DNA from: Clostridia bacterium | GTDB taxonomy: Bacteria > Bacillota > Clostridia > RGIG6154 | Reading direction: 5' to 3' | DNA: 49,142 nt | Assembly: GCA_045535635.1 (NCBI GenBank) | Contig: JAZSLZ010000040.1 | Span: 1 to 49,142, forward strand | In this document: one piece after another, positions 34,555 through 44,806 of the stretch | Layout of the letters: the number at the start of each line of letters is the position of its first letter | How positions within the stretch are numbered: the stretch's first letter is position 1 | The notes under the pieces: generated by a model | Seen by the model: only the letters and a program-made list of their open reading frames with translations | What the model was told of the DNA's origin: nothing | Databases searched by the model: none | Made by a program: the position numbers and the translations under genes

Positions 34555-37500
34555 TTATTTGAAGTACTTCACAGCGGAGGAGAACATCTTGATGTCGTAT
34601 TCTCCATATACATTCTTGTAGAGTCCGTTACCAATTCTTTCACTGTGTCCCATTTTACCGAACACTCTGCCGTCCGGTGATGTGATACCTTCGATTGCGT
34701 ACATTGAATCGTTTGGATTGAATGCTACATCTGTTGTTGCATTACCTGCAAGGTCAACATACTGTGTTGCAATCTGTCCGTTTTCTGCAAGTTTTCTTAT
34801 GAGTTCTTCTGACGCTATAAATCTTCCTTCACCGTGTGAAATCGGAACATTATATACATCGCCAACATTTGTCTGTGCAAGCCATGGAGATTTGTTTGAA
34901 GCAATTCTTGTTCTCACAATCTTGGACTGATGTCTTGCAATTGTGTTATATGTAAGTGTTGGGCAGTTTTCATCTGTATCAATGATTTTTCCGTAAGGCA
35001 CAAGGCCGAGCTTGATAAGTGCCTGGAAACCGTTACAGATACCGCACATAAGACCGTCTCTGTTTTCAAGAAGATCTGTTACTGCATCTTTAATGATTTC
35101 ATTTCTGAATACTGCAGTAATGAACTTACCTGAACCTTCAGGTTCGTCACCGCCTGAGAATCCACCAGGAATGAAAATCATCTGTGATTCTTTGATTTTG
35201 TTTGCAAATTCGTTAACACTCTTAACGATTCCCTCAGGTGTTAAATTATTAATAACGAAGATTTCGCTTTCTGCACCTGCATCTTCCATAGCCTTTGCTG
35301 AATCAAATTCACAGTTTGTGCCTGGGAATACAGGGATAATTACTTTTGGTTTTGCAACCTTTATGCTTGGAGCAACTCTTTCTTTTGCTTCATAAGAGAA
35401 GTTTTCAACCTTACTGTCTTTATGAGTAATATTACAGCTGAAGATTTTTTCAAGCTTGTCTTCATAAGCTTTGTTTATTTCATCTGCCAAAATTCTTTCT
35501 GCACCAAATACAAATTCTCTTTTTTCTGTTACTGTACCAATTACAGTTTCACCATCTTTTGCATCTTCAACTTCGATTAAGAATGCGCCGTAATTGTATT
35601 TGAACATATCTTCAAGAGTAATGTTTTCGTATTCAAAACCAAAACCGTTACCCATAGCCATTTTCATAACAGCTTCAGCGATACCGCCGTATGTAAGAGT
35701 GTAAACGGCTTTTGCTCTGTTTTCTCTTACCATTTTTGAAACCTTGTCAAAACATTCTAAAAGTGAGCTTGTAACAGGGAGCTTGTTTTCGTCATACTGT
35801 GGCTGAACAAGAATAACCTTGCTACCTGCTTCTTTGAATTCACCGCTTACGATGTTTTCAACTTTTTCTGTTGTTACCGCAAAAGAAACGAGTGTTGGAG
35901 GTACATCGATTTTTTCAAAAGAACCGCTCATTGAGTCCTTACCGCCGATTGAACCTATCTTAAGCTCTTTTTGCGCTTTGAATGCACCAAGAAGTGCCGC
36001 AACAGGTTTGCCCCATCTTGTTTCTTCTTTGCCAAGCTTTTCAAAATATTCCTGGAATGTTAAATAAACCTCTTTAAATTCTGCACCTGATGCAACAAGT
36101 TTTGAAACTGATTCAACAACTGCATAGTAAGCACCGTGATATGGGCTTTTTTCAGAAATAAATGGATTGAAGCCCCATGACATAAGTGAACAATCATTTG
36201 TGTGCTTCTTTTCAACAGAAATTTTCTGTACCATTGCCTGTGCAGGTGTTAACTGATACTTACCGCCAAATGGCATAATAACTGTTCCTGCACCGATTGT
36301 TGAGTCAAATCTTTCAGAAAGTCCTCTCTTTGAGCAAACATTAAGGTCTGCCGCAAGTGCACAAGTTCCTTTTGTAAAGCTTTCAGGGGTTTCTTTATCA
36401 AAGCTGCATGGTGCATTTACCTCTGCATTAATATGCTTTTCTGCACCGTTTGAATTAAGGAATTCTCTGTTAATATCACAGATTGTTTTCCCATTCCAGT
36501 GCATAACAAGTCTTTTTGCTTCTGTTACCTTTGCAACAATTGTTGCTTCTAAATTTTCTTTTTCTGCAAGTGCTAAGAATTTGTCTGCATCTTTACTTTC
36601 AACAACAACTGCCATTCTTTCCTGTGATTCAGAAATAGCAAGTTCTGTACCATCAAGTCCGTCATATTTTTTCTTAACTGCGTTAAGGTCGATTTCAAGT
36701 CCGTCTGCAAGTTCACCGATAGCAACCGATACACCACCTGCACCAAAGTCATTACATCTTCTGATTAATGTTGTAGCTTCAGGGTTTCTGAAAAGTCTCT
36801 GAAGTTTTCTTTCTTCAGGAGCATTACCTTTTTGTACTTCTGCACCACAGCTTGTTAAAGATGATGCAGTGTGTGATTTTGATGAACCTGTAGCACCGCC
36901 GCAACCGTCTCTTCCTGTTCTTCCTCCAAGAAGAATAACAACATCACCAGGCTCAGGGCATTCACGACGAACATTTTCCTGAGGTGCTGCTGCAATAACC
37001 GCACCGATTTCCATTCTTTTTGCTTTGTATCCATCGTGATAAAGCTCATCTACAATACCTGTAGCAAGACCAATCTGGTTACCGTAAGATGAATAACCTG
37101 CAGCGGCAGTTGTTACGATTTTTCTCTGTGGTAATTTACCTGCAAGTGTTTCTGCAACAGGTGTTAAAGGATCTGCCGCACCTGTTACTCTCATTGCACC
37201 ATATACATAAGCACGGCCTGAAAGCGGGTCTCTTATTGCACCGCCGATACAAGTTGCCGCACCACCGAATGGTTCAATTTCTGTTGGGTGGTTATGTGTT
37301 TCATTTTTAAAGAGAAGAAGCCATGGTTCTTTTTTACCGTCAACTTCAACCTCAATTTTTACTGTACAAGCATTAATTTCTTCTGATTCGTCAAGCTTAT
37401 CAAGATGACCTGTCTTTTTAAGATATTTAACTGCAACAGTTGCCATATCCATCAATGTAACAGGTTTTTTAACTCCAAGCTCTTCTCTTGTAGCTTTATA

Positions 37501-38241
37501 TTCTTCATAAGACTTTTGAATAAGAGAATCATTGAACTTAACATTGTCTATATTTGTTGAGAAAGTTGTGTGTCTGCAATGGTCTGACCAGTATGTATCA
37601 ATCATTCTGATTTCTGTGATTGTAGGGTCTCTGTCTTCCTTAATAAAATACTGCTGACAGAATTTAATATCGTCAATATCCATTGCAAGGCCATAACTTG
37701 CGATAAAATCATTAAGACCTGCTTCATCTAATTTGATGAAACCATCAAGAGTTGCAACTGCTTCTGGTGTTTCATACTCTGTTTTAAGAGTTTCTTTTGT
37801 TTCGAGAGATGCTTCCATAGATTCAACGGCATTAATAACATAGCCTTTGATTTTGTTTACATCTTCATCTGTAATATTTCCGTACATAAGGAAAACCTTT
37901 GCAGTACGAACAAGTGGTTTTTCCCCCTGAGAAATAAGCTGAATACACTGTGCTGCAGAATCTGCTCTCTGGTCAAACTGACCAGGAAGGAATTCACTTG
38001 CAAACACTTTTGCATTACCAATTTCAAGGGTTTCACTTATATCATCAAGCTGTGGTTCTGAAAATACAGTACTACAAGCATAATCAAAAAGCTCTCTGCT
38101 TATGCCTTCCACATCATAACGATTTATAATTCTGATATCTTCTAATGCTTTGATTCCGAGGAAAGATTTAATTTCTGATAAAAGACCTTTCGCTTCGTTT
38201 CTGAACTGTTCTTTCTTTTCTGAATAAATACGATAAACCAA
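34555..38241 (-). CDS. purL: Phosphoribosylformylglycinamidine (FGAM) synthase, single-chain large form
   Basis: 1228 aa. Fused PurS-like N-terminus, AIR-synthase-like domains and a C-terminal glutaminase (GICNGFQ nucleophile elbow). TTG start behind GGAGG. Confidence 0.93.
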   Translation of the reverse strand: MVYRIYSEKKEQFRNEAKGLLSEIKSFLGIKALEDIRIINRYDVEGISRELFDYACSTVFSEPQLDDISETLEIGNAKVFASEFLPGQFDQRADSAAQCIQLISQGEKPLVRTAKVFLMYGNITDEDVNKIKGYVINAVESMEASLETKETLKTEYETPEAVATLDGFIKLDEAGLNDFIASYGLAMDIDDIKFCQQYFIKEDRDPTITEIRMIDTYWSDHCRHTTFSTNIDNVKFNDSLIQKSYEEYKATREELGVKKPVTLMDMATVAVKYLKKTGHLDKLDESEEINACTVKIEVEVDGKKEPWLLLFKNETHNHPTEIEPFGGAATCIGGAIRDPLSGRAYVYGAMRVTGAADPLTPVAETLAGKLPQRKIVTTAAAGYSSYGNQIGLATGIVDELYHDGYKAKRMEIGAVIAAAPQENVRRECPEPGDVVILLGGRTGRDGCGGATGSSKSHTASSLTSCGAEVQKGNAPEERKLQRLFRNPEATTLIRRCNDFGAGGVSVAIGELADGLEIDLNAVKKKYDGLDGTELAISESQERMAVVVESKDADKFLALAEKENLEATIVAKVTEAKRLVMHWNGKTICDINREFLNSNGAEKHINAEVNAPCSFDKETPESFTKGTCALAADLNVCSKRGLSERFDSTIGAGTVIMPFGGKYQLTPAQAMVQKISVEKKHTNDCSLMSWGFNPFISEKSPYHGAYYAVVESVSKLVASGAEFKEVYLTFQEYFEKLGKEETRWGKPVAALLGAFKAQKELKIGSIGGKDSMSGSFEKIDVPPTLVSFAVTTEKVENIVSGEFKEAGSKVILVQPQYDENKLPVTSSLLECFDKVSKMVRENRAKAVYTLTYGGIAEAVMKMAMGNGFGFEYENITLEDMFKYNYGAFLIEVEDAKDGETVIGTVTEKREFVFGAERILADEINKAYEDKLEKIFSCNITHKDSKVENFSYEAKERVAPSIKVAKPKVIIPVFPGTNCEFDSAKAMEDAGAESEIFVINNLTPEGIVKSVNEFANKIKESQMIFIPGGFSGGDEPEGSGKFITAVFRNEIIKDAVTDLLENRDGLMCGICNGFQALIKLGLVPYGKIIDTDENCPTLTYNTIARHQSKIVRTRIASNKSPWLAQTNVGDVYNVPISHGEGRFIASEELIRKLAENGQIATQYVDLAGNATTDVAFNPNDSMYAIEGITSPDGRVFGKMGHSERIGNGLYKNVYGEYDIKMFSSAVKYFK

Positions 38242-38244
38242 AAC

Positions 38245-39498
38245 TTACACCTCCAACGCTTTCTTGCCTATATCTTTTCTGAAGAACTTGTTATCAAAAT
38301 GAACAAGTTCAACATCTTTATAAGCATTTTCAATTGCTTCTTTAAGGTTTTTACCTGTAGCAGTAACACCTAAAACTCTGCCGCCTGAGGTTAAAAGTTT
38401 TTCTCCTTCAAGCTTTGCACCTGCAACATAAATATTTTTATCTTCAGGCATCGCTATTTCAAAGCCTTTTTCATAGCTCTGTGGGTATCCCTTTGACGCC
38501 ATAACAACACAACAAGCACTCTTATCTGCAAACTTAACTTCAATCTCGCTTAATCTTTCATCTGTTGTTGCCATCATAACTTCCAATAAATCAGATTCTA
38601 AAAGTGGAAGAACTACCTGTGTTTCAGGATCACCGAAACGACAGTTATATTCAATAACCTTTGGACCGTCTTTTGTAATCATAAGACCAAAGTAAAGACA
38701 TCCTTTAAATGTTCTTCCCTCTTTGTTCATCGCCTCAATTGTTGGAACAAAGATTTTTTCCATACACTCTTTTGCAACTGCATCTGTGTAATAAGGGTTT
38801 GGAGCAATTGTACCCATACCGCCTGTATTTAAACCTTCGTCGTTATCAAGTGCTCTTTTGTGGTCCATTGATGACACCATAGGAACAACAGTTTTTCCAT
38901 CTGTGAAAGATAAAACAGAAACCTCAGGACCTGTTAAAAATTCTTCAATAACAATATTGTTTCCACTTGCACCGAAAACCTTATCTTCCATAATTGATTT
39001 AACTGCATCTACTGCTTCTTCTCTTGTCATTGCAATAATAACACCTTTACCAAGAGCAAGACCATCTGCCTTAACAACAACAGGAATTGCACATTCTTTA
39101 ACATAAGCAAGTGCTTTTTCCTTATCGTTAAAGGTTTCATACTGTGCAGTAGGAATACCATATTTTTTCATAAGGTCCTTAGAAAACACCTTACTTCCTT
39201 CAATTATTGCCGCATTTGCTTTTGGTCCGAAGCATTTAATACCTGCTTCTTCTAAAGCATCAACAAAACCGTCAACTAAAGGATTATCAGGTGCAACCAC
39301 GCAATAGTCGATTTTGTTTTCTACTGCAAATGCAACCATTTTTTCCTTTTCTTCAGCAGAAATGTTAACTATTTCTGCATCCTTTGCAATACCGCCGTTA
39401 CCCGGTGCTGCATAGATTTTTTCAACTTTTTTGCTTTCTTTAAGTTTTTTTATAATAGCGTGTTCTCGACCGCCGCCACCAACTACAAGTATTTTCAT
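38245..39498 (-). CDS. purD: Phosphoribosylamine--glycine ligase
   Basis: [15 protein letters not shown] start at 39498 with RBS GGAGG and an ATGA overlap with the purN stop. The track's 20-codon upstream extension lies inside purN. Confidence 0.92.
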   Translation of the reverse strand: MKILVVGGGGREHAIIKKLKESKKVEKIYAAPGNGGIAKDAEIVNISAEEKEKMVAFAVENKIDYCVVAPDNPLVDGFVDALEEAGIKCFGPKANAAIIEGSKVFSKDLMKKYGIPTAQYETFNDKEKALAYVKECAIPVVVKADGLALGKGVIIAMTREEAVDAVKSIMEDKVFGASGNNIVIEEFLTGPEVSVLSFTDGKTVVPMVSSMDHKRALDNDEGLNTGGMGTIAPNPYYTDAVAKECMEKIFVPTIEAMNKEGRTFKGCLYFGLMITKDGPKVIEYNCRFGDPETQVVLPLLESDLLEVMMATTDERLSEIEVKFADKSACCVVMASKGYPQSYEKGFEIAMPEDKNIYVAGAKLEGEKLLTSGGRVLGVTATGKNLKEAIENAYKDVELVHFDNKFFRKDIGKKALEV

Positions 39499-40106
39499 TT
39501 TCTGTCCTCCAGCATCTTCTGTGAAACTATTTCTGCAGCTTTTGGAAGTATTATCCATTCTGCATTTTCCATAACTCTTTTCTGAAGAGTTTCAGGAGTG
39601 TCTCCCTCAAGAATTTCAACTGCTTTCTGTGCAATGATTTTTCCGCCGTCAGGAATTTCGTTAACAAAGTGAACTGTTGCACCTGTTACCTTAACACCGT
39701 ATTCAAGTGCCGCTTCGTGTACCTTTAAGCCGTAAAACCCTTCACCGCAGAAAGAAGGAATAAGTGATGGATGAACGTTTATTATTCTGTTTGCATATTT
39801 TGTTGTGAAGCTTTCGCTTAAAATCTGCATAAAACCTGCAAGAATAATAAAGTCTATTTTATTTTCTTCAAGAACAGCAATTATCTTTTCTTCAAATTCC
39901 TGCTTTGAAGCACATTCTTTTTTAACTATTACTTCTGTTTTTATATTGTTGTTTTCTGCTCTTGTAAGGGCATAAGCTTCTTTTTTATCGGCAACAACAA
40001 GCTCAACCTTTCCGCTTGTTAAAATTCCTGCCTTCTGGGCATCTATAATCGCCTGAAGATTTGTTCCGCCACCTGATACAAGAACTGCAATTCTTATTGT
40101 GCTCAT
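39495..40106 (-). CDS. purN: Phosphoribosylglycinamide formyltransferase
   Basis: 203 aa. [24 protein letters not shown]. Confidence 0.92.
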   Translation of the reverse strand: MSTIRIAVLVSGGGTNLQAIIDAQKAGILTSGKVELVVADKKEAYALTRAENNNIKTEVIVKKECASKQEFEEKIIAVLEENKIDFIILAGFMQILSESFTTKYANRIINVHPSLIPSFCGEGFYGLKVHEAALEYGVKVTGATVHFVNEIPDGGKIIAQKAVEILEGDTPETLQKRVMENAEWIILPKAAEIVSQKMLEDRK

Positions 40107-41146
40107 AAAATAATTTTTTCTTCTCCCTTAACGATTTCACCAATCACATAAGCATCTTCTTCTCCGTTTGCTTTTAAGATTTCAAGAGCTTTTTCTTTAT
40201 CTGCCTTTGAAACAACAACTGTCATACCAACGCCCATATTGAATGTGTTGAACATATCTCTTTCTGAAATATTGCCCTTTTCAGCAATAATTTCAAAGAG
40301 TGGGTGAATCTGAACTGCATCTTTGTTAATCTTAGCAGTAAAACCATCAGGAATACTTCTTGGAATATTTTCATAGAAACCGCCACCTGTGATGTGTGAT
40401 ACAGATTTAACTGTAACTTCATCAAAAAGTGCAACCATAGGTTTAACATAAATCTTTGTAGGTGTTAAAAGAGCTTCACCGATTGATTTACCGCCAAGCT
40501 TTTCATATTTTTCGCTTAAATCTGCGTTTTCAACATCGAAAACTTTTCTTACAAGTGAAAAACCGTTTGAATGAACACCGCTTGATTTAAGAGCGATAAT
40601 AACATCGCCTTCTTCAATCTTTGAATTATCAACGATTTTTTCTTTATCTACAATACCAACACCAAAACCTGCCAAATCGTATTCATCAACAGGATAAAAA
40701 CCTGGCATTTCTGCAGTTTCACCACCGATTAAAGCTGAACCTGACTGTCTGCAGCCCTCTGCAACACCTGAAACAATCTGTGCGATTTTTTCAGGAACAT
40801 TTTTGCCACACGCGATGTAGTCAAGGAAGAACAGTGGTCTTGCACCGCAACAAATAATGTCGTTAACACACATAGCAACACAGTCAATACCAACTGTATC
40901 GTGCTTGTCAAGAAGGAACGCAAGTTTAAGCTTTGTTCCAACACCGTCTGTACCGCTAACTAAAACCGGCTGTTTCATACCTGCTAAGTTTGGCATAAAG
41001 AGACCGCCAAATCCGCCTACATCAGAACAAACTCCGTCTGTTAAAGTTGTTTTGATGTGTTCTTTCATAAGTTCTACTGCTTTGTAACCTGCAGTAATGT
41101 CAACACCTGCTGCTGCGTAACTGTCTGATTTTGAATTAGTATGCAT
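40103..41146 (-). CDS. purM: Phosphoribosylformylglycinamidine cyclo-ligase (AIR synthetase)
   Basis: 347 aa. [22 protein letters not shown] motifs. Confidence 0.93.
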   Translation of the reverse strand: MHTNSKSDSYAAAGVDITAGYKAVELMKEHIKTTLTDGVCSDVGGFGGLFMPNLAGMKQPVLVSGTDGVGTKLKLAFLLDKHDTVGIDCVAMCVNDIICCGARPLFFLDYIACGKNVPEKIAQIVSGVAEGCRQSGSALIGGETAEMPGFYPVDEYDLAGFGVGIVDKEKIVDNSKIEEGDVIIALKSSGVHSNGFSLVRKVFDVENADLSEKYEKLGGKSIGEALLTPTKIYVKPMVALFDEVTVKSVSHITGGGFYENIPRSIPDGFTAKINKDAVQIHPLFEIIAEKGNISERDMFNTFNMGVGMTVVVSKADKEKALEILKANGEEDAYVIGEIVKGEEKIIL

Positions 41147-41177
41147 TTCTCATTTCTCCTATTTATATCAATATTTT

Positions 41178-42602
41178 TTATTCTTTTCCGTCCCAGCAAT
41201 ATGTACAAAGCTTACATCTGTCAATTCCGATTGCTTCTACAATACCTTCGATTGACTGGAAATCAAGTGATGCAAAATTAAATTTCTCTGCAATTGCTTT
41301 TCTTAAATTTTTACCTCTTGTTGTTTCTCCACTGCTGTATTCTTCAATGTGCTTAAAGCCTTCTTCGCCTTCAAGCTCCATTATAACTCTTCTTGCTATA
41401 AGCTCCATTTCACTGCTTGAGCTTGAAAAGTTTAAATATTTACATCCGTACATAATCGGAGGACACGCAGAACGCATATGAACCGATTTAGCACCATTGT
41501 CATATAAGAAATCAACCGTTTCCTTAAGCTGAGTGCCACGAACAATTGAGTCATCAACAAAAAGAAGGTTTTTGTCTTTAATAAGCTCGTGTACAGGAAT
41601 CTGCTTCATTTTTGCTATTTTATTTCTGTCTGATTGTCTTGCAGGAGTAAAGCTTCTTGGCCATGTTGGAGTGTATTTTATAAATGGTCTTGCAAAAGGA
41701 ACACAGCTTTTGTTTGCATAGCCGATTGCGTGAGGAGTTCCGCTGTCAGGAACACCGCTAACATAGTCAAGGTCCTGTGCAACGCCGTTTTCCTTGTCAT
41801 ACTCTGCCATAAGCTCACCGTTTTTATATCTCATACACTCAACATTAACGCCTTCGTAAGTTGAGTTAGGATAACCATAATAGCTCCAGAGGAAAGCACA
41901 GATTCTCATTTCCTTGTTTGGTGCTGAAAGCTGTGTAACCTCGTCTGCAGTAATATGCACAATTTCACCAGGACCCAATTCTCTTACAAACTCATATCCA
42001 AGCTTTGTATATGCAAATGCTTCAAATGAAACCGCATAGCCATCTTCACTTTTGCCGATTGATACCGGTAATCTTCCCATCTTGTCACGGGCAGCAATAA
42101 TGCTTCCGTCATCTTTTAAGATAAGAATTGATGCAGTACCTTCGATGGTATCCTGAGCATATTTAATGCCCTCTGCAAAATCATTTTTTGTGTTGATGAG
42201 TGCCGCAATAAGTTCTGTATTGTTGATAACACCGCCTGTCATAGCAGTGAAATGACCGTGATTCTGTTTAAGGAAATTTTCAACAATTTCTGTTTTATTT
42301 GTAACACGACCTACAATGCAGATTGCATAAGTTCCTACTGAAGAGCTTATTAAAAGTGGCTGAGGATCTGTATCACTTATACATCCTATAGATGCTTTAC
42401 CCTTCATTTCATCAAAAACACCGTCAAACTTTGTACGAAAAGGTGAATTTTCTATGTTGTGTATATCCCTCTGCAGACCAACTTCTTTGTCATAAGATGC
42501 CATACCGCCTCTTTTTGTTCCAAGATGCGAATGATAGTCAGTACCGAAGAACACATCATAAATTGCGTCATTTTTCTTAACTGCTCCGAAAAAGCCTCCC
42601 AT
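41178..42602 (-). CDS. purF: Amidophosphoribosyltransferase-like protein with a degenerate Ntn-glutaminase domain (Gly in place of the nucleophile Cys)
   Basis: 474 aa. PRTase motif LLFVDDSIVRGTQL is intact. The N-terminus is MGGFFGA where canonical PurF has (M)CG(I/V)FG. Occupies the purF slot between purE and purM. Confidence 0.75.
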   Translation of the reverse strand: MGGFFGAVKKNDAIYDVFFGTDYHSHLGTKRGGMASYDKEVGLQRDIHNIENSPFRTKFDGVFDEMKGKASIGCISDTDPQPLLISSSVGTYAICIVGRVTNKTEIVENFLKQNHGHFTAMTGGVINNTELIAALINTKNDFAEGIKYAQDTIEGTASILILKDDGSIIAARDKMGRLPVSIGKSEDGYAVSFEAFAYTKLGYEFVRELGPGEIVHITADEVTQLSAPNKEMRICAFLWSYYGYPNSTYEGVNVECMRYKNGELMAEYDKENGVAQDLDYVSGVPDSGTPHAIGYANKSCVPFARPFIKYTPTWPRSFTPARQSDRNKIAKMKQIPVHELIKDKNLLFVDDSIVRGTQLKETVDFLYDNGAKSVHMRSACPPIMYGCKYLNFSSSSSEMELIARRVIMELEGEEGFKHIEEYSSGETTRGKNLRKAIAEKFNFASLDFQSIEGIVEAIGIDRCKLCTYCWDGKE

Positions 42603-42622
42603 ACTTTACCTCCGATTTATTT

Positions 42623-43117
42623 TCAGTTGTTGAATTTTTCACAGGCAGCCTTGTCCTTTTCAAGAACAAGCTTTGCTGCTGCTTCTCTTTTTTCTTTAAG
42701 TAATGCATAAAGAGCATCATCTGATGTTGCAAGAATTTCAATTGCAAGAAGTGCAGCATTAGCACCACCATCAATTGCAACTGTTGCAACAGGGATACCT
42801 GATGGCATCATAACTGTGGAAAGGAGAGCATCCATTCCGTCTAAATTTTTGCTTTTTGCAGGAATTCCGATAACAGGAAGGAGTGTGTTTGCGGCAATAG
42901 CACCTGCAAGGTGTGCCGCCATACCTGCGATAGCAATAATAGCACCAAAACCTTTTTCTTTAGCGCTTTGTGTAAACTCTGCCGCTTCTTTTGGAGTTCT
43001 GTGTGCTGAATATATATGCACTTCAAAAGGAACACCGTATTCCTTTAAAGTGTTAACGGCTTTTTCAGCGATAGGCATATCACTGTCAGAGCCCATAATA
43101 ATAGCAACTTTTTTCAT
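42623..43117 (-). CDS. purE: PurE (N5-CAIR mutase or AIR carboxylase; class not assignable by eye)
   Basis: 164 aa. IIMGSDSDMP, SAHRTP. No purK adjacent. Confidence 0.9.
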   Translation of the reverse strand: MKKVAIIMGSDSDMPIAEKAVNTLKEYGVPFEVHIYSAHRTPKEAAEFTQSAKEKGFGAIIAIAGMAAHLAGAIAANTLLPVIGIPAKSKNLDGMDALLSTVMMPSGIPVATVAIDGGANAALLAIEILATSDDALYALLKEKREAAAKLVLEKDKAACEKFNN

Positions 43118-43156
43118 ATTATCAATCCTTTCTCCATTATACCCATAATATATGAC

Positions 43157-43185
43157 ATTTTACCACAAAAACCCCCTGTTGTCAA
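43157..43185 (-). promoter_or_regulatory. Consensus sigma-A promoter of the pur operon, overlapping the stop codon of the upstream radical-SAM gene
   Basis: On the minus strand: TTGACA (43185-43180), 17-nt spacer, TGgTAAAAT (-10 at 43162-43157). Confidence 0.55.
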
Positions 43186-44720
43186 CGAATTGAAGCCACT
43201 TTTATCTCCTTTTCGCAAAGGATCAAGTAACAATCTCCAACCTTTTCAACTCTTATTCTTTTACCCATATATTCTTCTTTTTGACAAAATTCTTTGAACA
43301 CTTCTTTTTCAAGTGGTTCATAAAGTTTTTCAGGAAGAGATGTTTTTTCGTTGTTAATCATAAAATCAAGCACAAGCGGAAGCTTTGATTTTTCACCAAA
43401 ATACTCATATAAAAATACATATAGAGCAGTTTTTGACAAAGGCGCTTCTTTTTCTCTGAGCCACAGCTTTTCACCGATGTCAGAAAAGGTTTCAAAAGGT
43501 TTTTCTATTAGCTCAAGAGTGTTTTCAAAAGCCTTGGAATTATAAATTCTGTCAACTGCGTTTTCACATCTTTTAAGTTTAATTATTTTCTCTTTGCTCA
43601 TTGTGTTTGTCGCTAAAACTTCGTATGGTGCAAAAGATGTTGTAACTATTCCGTACTTTTCCGCATCCTTTTTAAGCTTTGTATTGTGAAGAAGCTTTAA
43701 AAATCCAAGCTGAAGCATATCAGGTTTCATTGAGTACGCATAATCAAAACCTGCTTTAAAGGTTTCATAGGTTTCCATAGGAAGTCCTGCAATAAGGTCT
43801 GTGTGCAGATGTACCTTCTTTGGAATTTTCATTATTCTTTCTTTCACTTTTTCAAGGTCATAAACCCTGGAAATGGCTTTCATTGTTTCAAAGTTTGTGG
43901 TTTGTATTCCTGCTTCAACCTGAACAAAATCACTTGCTTTCTCAAGAAGAGCTATAAACTTATCCGAAAGAAGCTGAGGTGCAATTTCAAAGTGGAAATG
44001 TGTTCCCTTTGTTTTGCTTATTATATATTCAAGTATTTCACAGGCTCTTTCATCATTTTCATTGAATGTTCTGTCCACGAATTTAACAAGCTTTACATTG
44101 TTTTCTATAAAGAAATCAATGCCTTTTTTCACATAATCCATTGAGAAAAAGCGTGTTTTCCCCTGACTTGATGAAAGACAATAACTGCAATTAAAAATGC
44201 ATCCTCTTGAGGTTTCAAAATAAATAATTTTATTTTCAAGTGCTTTTAAATCTTCTTTTTTATATGGAAATTCAAGTTTTGTTAAGTCAACAGGAACTTC
44301 TGCATTTTCTCCGTTTCTGTAAACCAGATTCGGGATTTCTTCAAAGCTTTTTCCGTCACAAAGAGCTTTTGTTGCGTACTCGCCCTCACCTTTTACAACA
44401 CCGTCTATAAAATCATTTTTAAGAATATTTTTACTGTTATATCCTGCTTCAGGTCCGCCAAAAATAATAAGAGTATCCCTTACAGACTTTATCATTGAGG
44501 CAAGTCTTAAAGCATACTCTATGTTCCAGATATATGTAGAAAAACAAAGTATTTCAAAGTCTTTTTCACAGAGCTTTGAAAATACTGAAAAGATATCGTC
44601 ATTTATACTGCATTCAAAAATTTCGCATCCTGAAAACTCCCTGAAGTATCTGACTGCAAGGGAGGAATGAGAATATTTTGAATTCATTGCAACTATACAT
44701 ACTTTTTTCAAATTAATCAC
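43182..44720 (-). CDS. B12-binding-domain radical SAM protein with DUF4080-type C-terminus
   Basis: 512 aa. N-terminal cobalamin-binding-like domain and SRGCIFNCSYC (CX3CX2C). GTG at 44720 has no RBS, so TTG at 44711 behind AAGGTG is an alternative start. Confidence 0.8.
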   Translation of the reverse strand: MINLKKVCIVAMNSKYSHSSLAVRYFREFSGCEIFECSINDDIFSVFSKLCEKDFEILCFSTYIWNIEYALRLASMIKSVRDTLIIFGGPEAGYNSKNILKNDFIDGVVKGEGEYATKALCDGKSFEEIPNLVYRNGENAEVPVDLTKLEFPYKKEDLKALENKIIYFETSRGCIFNCSYCLSSSQGKTRFFSMDYVKKGIDFFIENNVKLVKFVDRTFNENDERACEILEYIISKTKGTHFHFEIAPQLLSDKFIALLEKASDFVQVEAGIQTTNFETMKAISRVYDLEKVKERIMKIPKKVHLHTDLIAGLPMETYETFKAGFDYAYSMKPDMLQLGFLKLLHNTKLKKDAEKYGIVTTSFAPYEVLATNTMSKEKIIKLKRCENAVDRIYNSKAFENTLELIEKPFETFSDIGEKLWLREKEAPLSKTALYVFLYEYFGEKSKLPLVLDFMINNEKTSLPEKLYEPLEKEVFKEFCQKEEYMGKRIRVEKVGDCYLILCEKEIKVASIR

Positions 44721-44744
44721 CTTTTACATTTTAACACAAAGAAC

Positions 44745-44773
44745 TTGCAAACACAACAGAAAAAGTGTATAAT
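44745..44773 (+). promoter_or_regulatory. Putative sigma-A promoter of the HisRS-like gene
   Basis: TTGCAA, 17-nt spacer, TATAAT. Confidence 0.5.
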
Positions 44774-44806
44774 TATATATATTTTTAACGAAAGGTTGAT
44801 GACTTT

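Noticed and set aside
39499-39558. N-terminal extensions of track ORFs: purD from 39558, dCMP deaminase from 13541, tsaE from 12069, murT from 45949, surface protein from 7047.
   Set aside because: The extensions overlap upstream genes or contain the RBS of a downstream start whose N-terminus matches the family's canonical one.
43118-43181. Purine riboswitch or PurR box upstream of purE.
   Set aside because: The leader is too short for the ~70-nt aptamer and has none of its conserved loops. The ACGAAT near the -35 is too weak a match to call a PurBox.
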